Part shown: piece after piece, positions 49,449 to 52,871 of the stretch
Numbering within the stretch: position 1 is the stretch's first letter
Layout: the number at the start of each line of letters is the position of its first letter
Program-made: the position numbers and the translations under genes
Source of the DNA: Halocafeteria seosinensis
Lineage: Eukaryota
Reading direction: 5' to 3'
Length of the DNA stretch: 52,871 bases
Assembly: GCA_001687465.1 (NCBI GenBank)
Contig: LVLI01000354.1
Span: 1 to 52,871, forward strand
Notes under the pieces: model-generated
The model's input: only the letters and a program-made list of their open reading frames with translations
Told to the model about the DNA's origin: nothing
The model's database searches: none

Positions 49449-50545
49449 ACCGTCTAACTGGTCTGGGAGGTCAAATCGGCTCTCTATTACTCCCGTTCAA
49501 GCGGCCGAAGAGCTGCAGAGATCTCAAAAATAGGATATATTCCTCGAAAACTGTGTCAGAATTCCTCTGTACGAGTTTATAAAGGCGTCTGAACAAAGTG
49601 AATGCCCAGACCGAACGCGAGTGCAATCTTCTACCAACGAGACTATAGATACAGCCTCTACGGGGCAGCAGGGCTTTTCTCGCCCCTTGTATACATGGGA
49701 AACACGATTCACCTTCAGCGTACGGACGAAAATGACATATTTATGGTCAAATACGCATGAAAATCAGCGACTGTACCAGCGTCCTCGCAAGCGACTCCCC
49801 GACATGTGAAGCTGGGTGAAAAGTAGTTGACTTCAATTAGGCAAGACAAAAATTGAGTGCGGACATGTACAAGAAATGAAAACAAATTCCTTTGCCTATC
49901 AAGAGGAGGGTAGTTATCAAAATACCTGGGAATCGGGTACAGGGATGCTGAGTCTCAGGGGGGTGAACCTTCCCCGCTTGAAGCGTAGCCAAATATTAAC
50001 CATCGAAAATGTATGTCTCACACACACAAATGTGACAGATAGCCCACCGGCCGGGAAGTTGACCACATCCTCTTAACGAGGAGCGGTCACAAGGAGTTTG
50101 TGCTATTTGGTAATATACGTAGTGAGGAACATGTTTAGTTCCAATTTTAACAAATGGCTCTGCCCACAAGCGCCATGGCCAGTTTCGTCCGGGATGACTG
50201 TAACTTTGTAACTTTGAACCCTTGTCATTTTTCATACAATGGTTGCTGCTCCATTCCGAAATCATATCCCTTAAATCACTGCAAAGAACACCCCCGTGCT
50301 CATTTACACGCACATGTGCATTCCAACAGCTCCGTGCGTGCATTCAAAACCTTCCACACTGAGGGGTTGTCAAATCCGATATTTGCGCAAGCACAGTTCC
50401 AGAGGAGTTCCATTACCTCTGCTCCACCTGGAAGTGCCGCCATTTGCTGCAGTTGCTTGTAAGTCACTCCTGAGATNCCCGCCGATCCATTTACAGGGGC
50501 CGATGACAGAGCCGATTTCAACGAAAACATGGAGACTACTCTCTA

Positions 50546-50773
50546 TAAACTCTCTAGGGGAGTAATTTTAGGGACTTTTCCTTATAACCACACGAATATA
50601 CATTAAATAGGATGACCAGACGGTTCCGCAAGTCTGAGAGAAAGTCCAATCCTTCCCGTCCTATACCATGGTTCCGTTTATCTCTATGATTCTACAGGGG
50701 AATACTTCGTGGGGGATCCGGACTCCCTTTAAACTCGTTAGGGGAGTATTTCCCTATAACCACATGAATATAC
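50546..50773 (+). repeat. Imperfect direct repeat pair (50546-50602 and 50730-50773)
   Basis: taaactc..taggggagta...ttcc.tataaccaca.gaatataca is present twice; copy 1 has a short extra segment. Confidence 0.7.
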
Positions 50774-51478
50774 AATAATAATAATATCCATGACTGCTCC
50801 GGTGTCTTGCCTAAGGGTTTTTTGTTCGTCACCTCCGCTTTCGATCCGGTTGTCAACTCATAAAGCGGGTTACCGATGACACTTTGGCGTGGATGTAGGT
50901 AGTAGTTACTCTATAAATACACATATTTCTACTTCCACGGTGTTGATCATGATGGCGCCCACGCTTGCACTTCCTTAGCATAGCTTGGTAGCCTAATTCG
51001 AATATACAACTACCCAAACAAACGAAAGCGTTTACTTAGAGGAATACTGGAACTATTATGCATTACAGTACAACAAAAACAATCGTCAGTGTTGTATTAC
51101 TATCTGGGGGTGTCTAAAAGACCAGTAGCGGCGCCTGGTGGCGTCGTGTCGTCTACAGACGGACTTCTTCCAGATGTATATTAAGCAGGTTGTAGGAAAA
51201 TGAATACCTAAAATTACTCTGCCGTTGACCCCATATTCCCCAAGAAGTGATCTCCTGCATAGTAATGGAAAACATCATGTCCTTCCGATCTATTGCTTCA
51301 TTGGCCTTCCGGGTATTTATTGCTCACGAGGAACGTCCCTTCCGCAGTGTCATCCTGCCTCCATCACCATCAACGACCTGCTCTCCTTTGGGTAGCTCCC
51401 CATCGAGCAGACGATAATCATGGCAACACAATTACTGATTGACTAAGATTCCCAACAGCATATAATGAGCTCCCTCAT

Positions 51479-51891
51479 TCACCGTTCGAATCGCTGTTGC
51501 TCGTTGCTGGGCTGCATTCCATGGTACTGGTCGTCTTCTGGATCTCGTCCGACGTCTTTCGATCCTGAACACGAGGAGAAATGGATGAGAGCGGCAACTT
51601 GTTACCGAAATACGACGGGAGGGTTTTTTTCTCTCTATGCATGAACAAAGAGTCATACACTACCGGTATGCTACGACATTGTACGCTTTGCGCCATACCT
51701 GTATTCAAGAAGACTCCTCGCTGAATTTGACTTCCTGTCAGCTGTTTATCACTTCTATAAAGATTCGTCTGATTATTCTGGTATTGTTTTTGTATCAGAA
51801 AGGGTATACTACCGAAACCGAGAGCCAGACAACCAAATCCCAGCACCAGCGGCGCATTACTTTTGGTGGGAGTGCGTGGCGTGGGCGACAT
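51479..51891 (-). CDS. Small single-TM protein (92 aa, 2 exons) with an RGxFLNTGSKDVGRDP motif
   Basis: Exons 51891-51699 and 51564-51479 join via GTATGG..TTCAG to give MSPTP..PLVLGFGCLALGFGSIPFLIQ..LTGSQIQRGVFLNTG|SKDVGRDP..FER*. The motif resembles a small uncharacterised family I recall from plants and algae. Confidence 0.7.
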
Positions 51892-52348
51892 TTCGTTATA
51901 CACGCATCAAATGATTGAAAAACTGAAACTGTGTTCGTTAAGTATCGAGGATGATCGGAATACTGAGAGATCACATATTGCTCTTCTTCAAAGCTATGCG
52001 TATCACTTGCCTGGTAATACACTCGAGACAAGTTGACTCTTGAGAGGGGCAAACTTCACAGGATGTGCACAGTGGCGACCGAGTAGGTACTGTCAGTAGG
52101 TCGAAAATTAACTCACAACTTAGGGTGTGTCTTATCAGACCTAATAACATTGTCGATTCGAATATTTTTACGACTCCGCATTGATAGTTGAGTTTCGAAA
52201 TTACACATGCATAGTGGAGGTAGACGTCTAAGATCAGCAATGATGATATAAATCACTTGATGCGCCTCGGTATATTCGTATTTCGCACGTGGTAAAAGCG
52301 CCTTACAACTTTGCCCACAAGGACCAAAGCATGTGACCACGGAAGGAA

Positions 52349-52871
52349 CTAGTTACACTGCTGCAACTTGTCAAACCTATCGCATTCCTGCTGGAACTTT
52401 TTCAAAACTTTCAGATACGTTCTTTGCTTGCTTAGCAGATCATTCCGCGTTGATGCTGCATCGTCTTTTCTATGTCGCTTTAGATCACAATTCTCATGTT
52501 GTTCAGCTATCGATTCGTCTAAGCCATTTAATAGTGTTGCGCATCTGGATACAAACTCTTTCCGAGAGCTTTGGTTCTGCTGCATGGCCTGCGAAAACTG
52601 GGACGATATGCTCTCCAACAGAGAGTCTTCTTTTTGCAGGAAGTGGCGTTTCTCTATTAGCATATTGTACACAGTATTGTGGCGCCTAAGTTCTTCCAGC
52701 TGAGCACCTAGCTGTTCGTACAATTCTACAAATCTGCGGCGGTATTGTAACAATTCCTGTCGAGATGGTACGTCATCAAGTTTCCGCCGCAAGTGGTCGG
52801 CTTCCCGGTTTCGAGCAGCACACCGACGGCGGAGACGAGCGTATTTCCGCAAAGTACTTGAATACTTTTCC
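52349..52871 (-). CDS. CCDC93: CCDC93 (CCC/Commander complex subunit), C-terminal coiled-coil; gene continues beyond the window
   Basis: RKLDDVPSRQELLQYRRRFVELYEQ...YNML..KRHFLQKEDSLLESI...Y.K.LK.FQQEC matches the CCDC93 signature RKIDxVPSRxELxQYQxRFxELY..YNTL..KExSLLNSI. Confidence 0.9.
   Translation of the reverse strand, partial: EKYSSTLRKYARLRRRCAARNREADHLRRKLDDVPSRQELLQYRRRFVELYEQLGAQLEELRRHNTVYNMLIEKRHFLQKEDSLLESISSQFSQAMQQNQSSRKEFVSRCATLLNGLDESIAEQHENCDLKRHRKDDAASTRNDLLSKQRTYLKVLKKFQQECDRFDKLQQCN

Overview
Intron-containing eukaryotic DNA, probably from a unicellular protist (short GT-AG introns, mostly 60-90 nt; lineage not determinable from sequence alone). The main feature is a giant RNF213/mysterin-like AAA+ ATPase-E3 ligase gene. 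Manual splicing extends the 5082-aa ORF to about 5406 aa (12809-29311): a predicted hydrophobic N-terminus, a CBM20-like domain, an RNF213-type AAA ring and an atypical RZ finger, with no visible RING domain. A decayed 5'-fragment copy of this gene lies at 191-1297. The locus is flanked by Harbinger- and Mutator-like transposase remnants and several short repeats, and converges on an intronless PapA5-like acyltransferase. Other genes: a tandem pair of unknown membrane-protein paralogues (one pseudogenised), a large EF-hand protein, a secreted BNR/Asp-box beta-propeller protein, a Trithorax/SET1-like methyltransferase with an AP2-like N-terminal domain, two tandem F-box + TMEM185-like membrane proteins, a small single-TM protein and the 3' end of CCDC93. 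All family calls come from motif recognition by eye; no database search was run.
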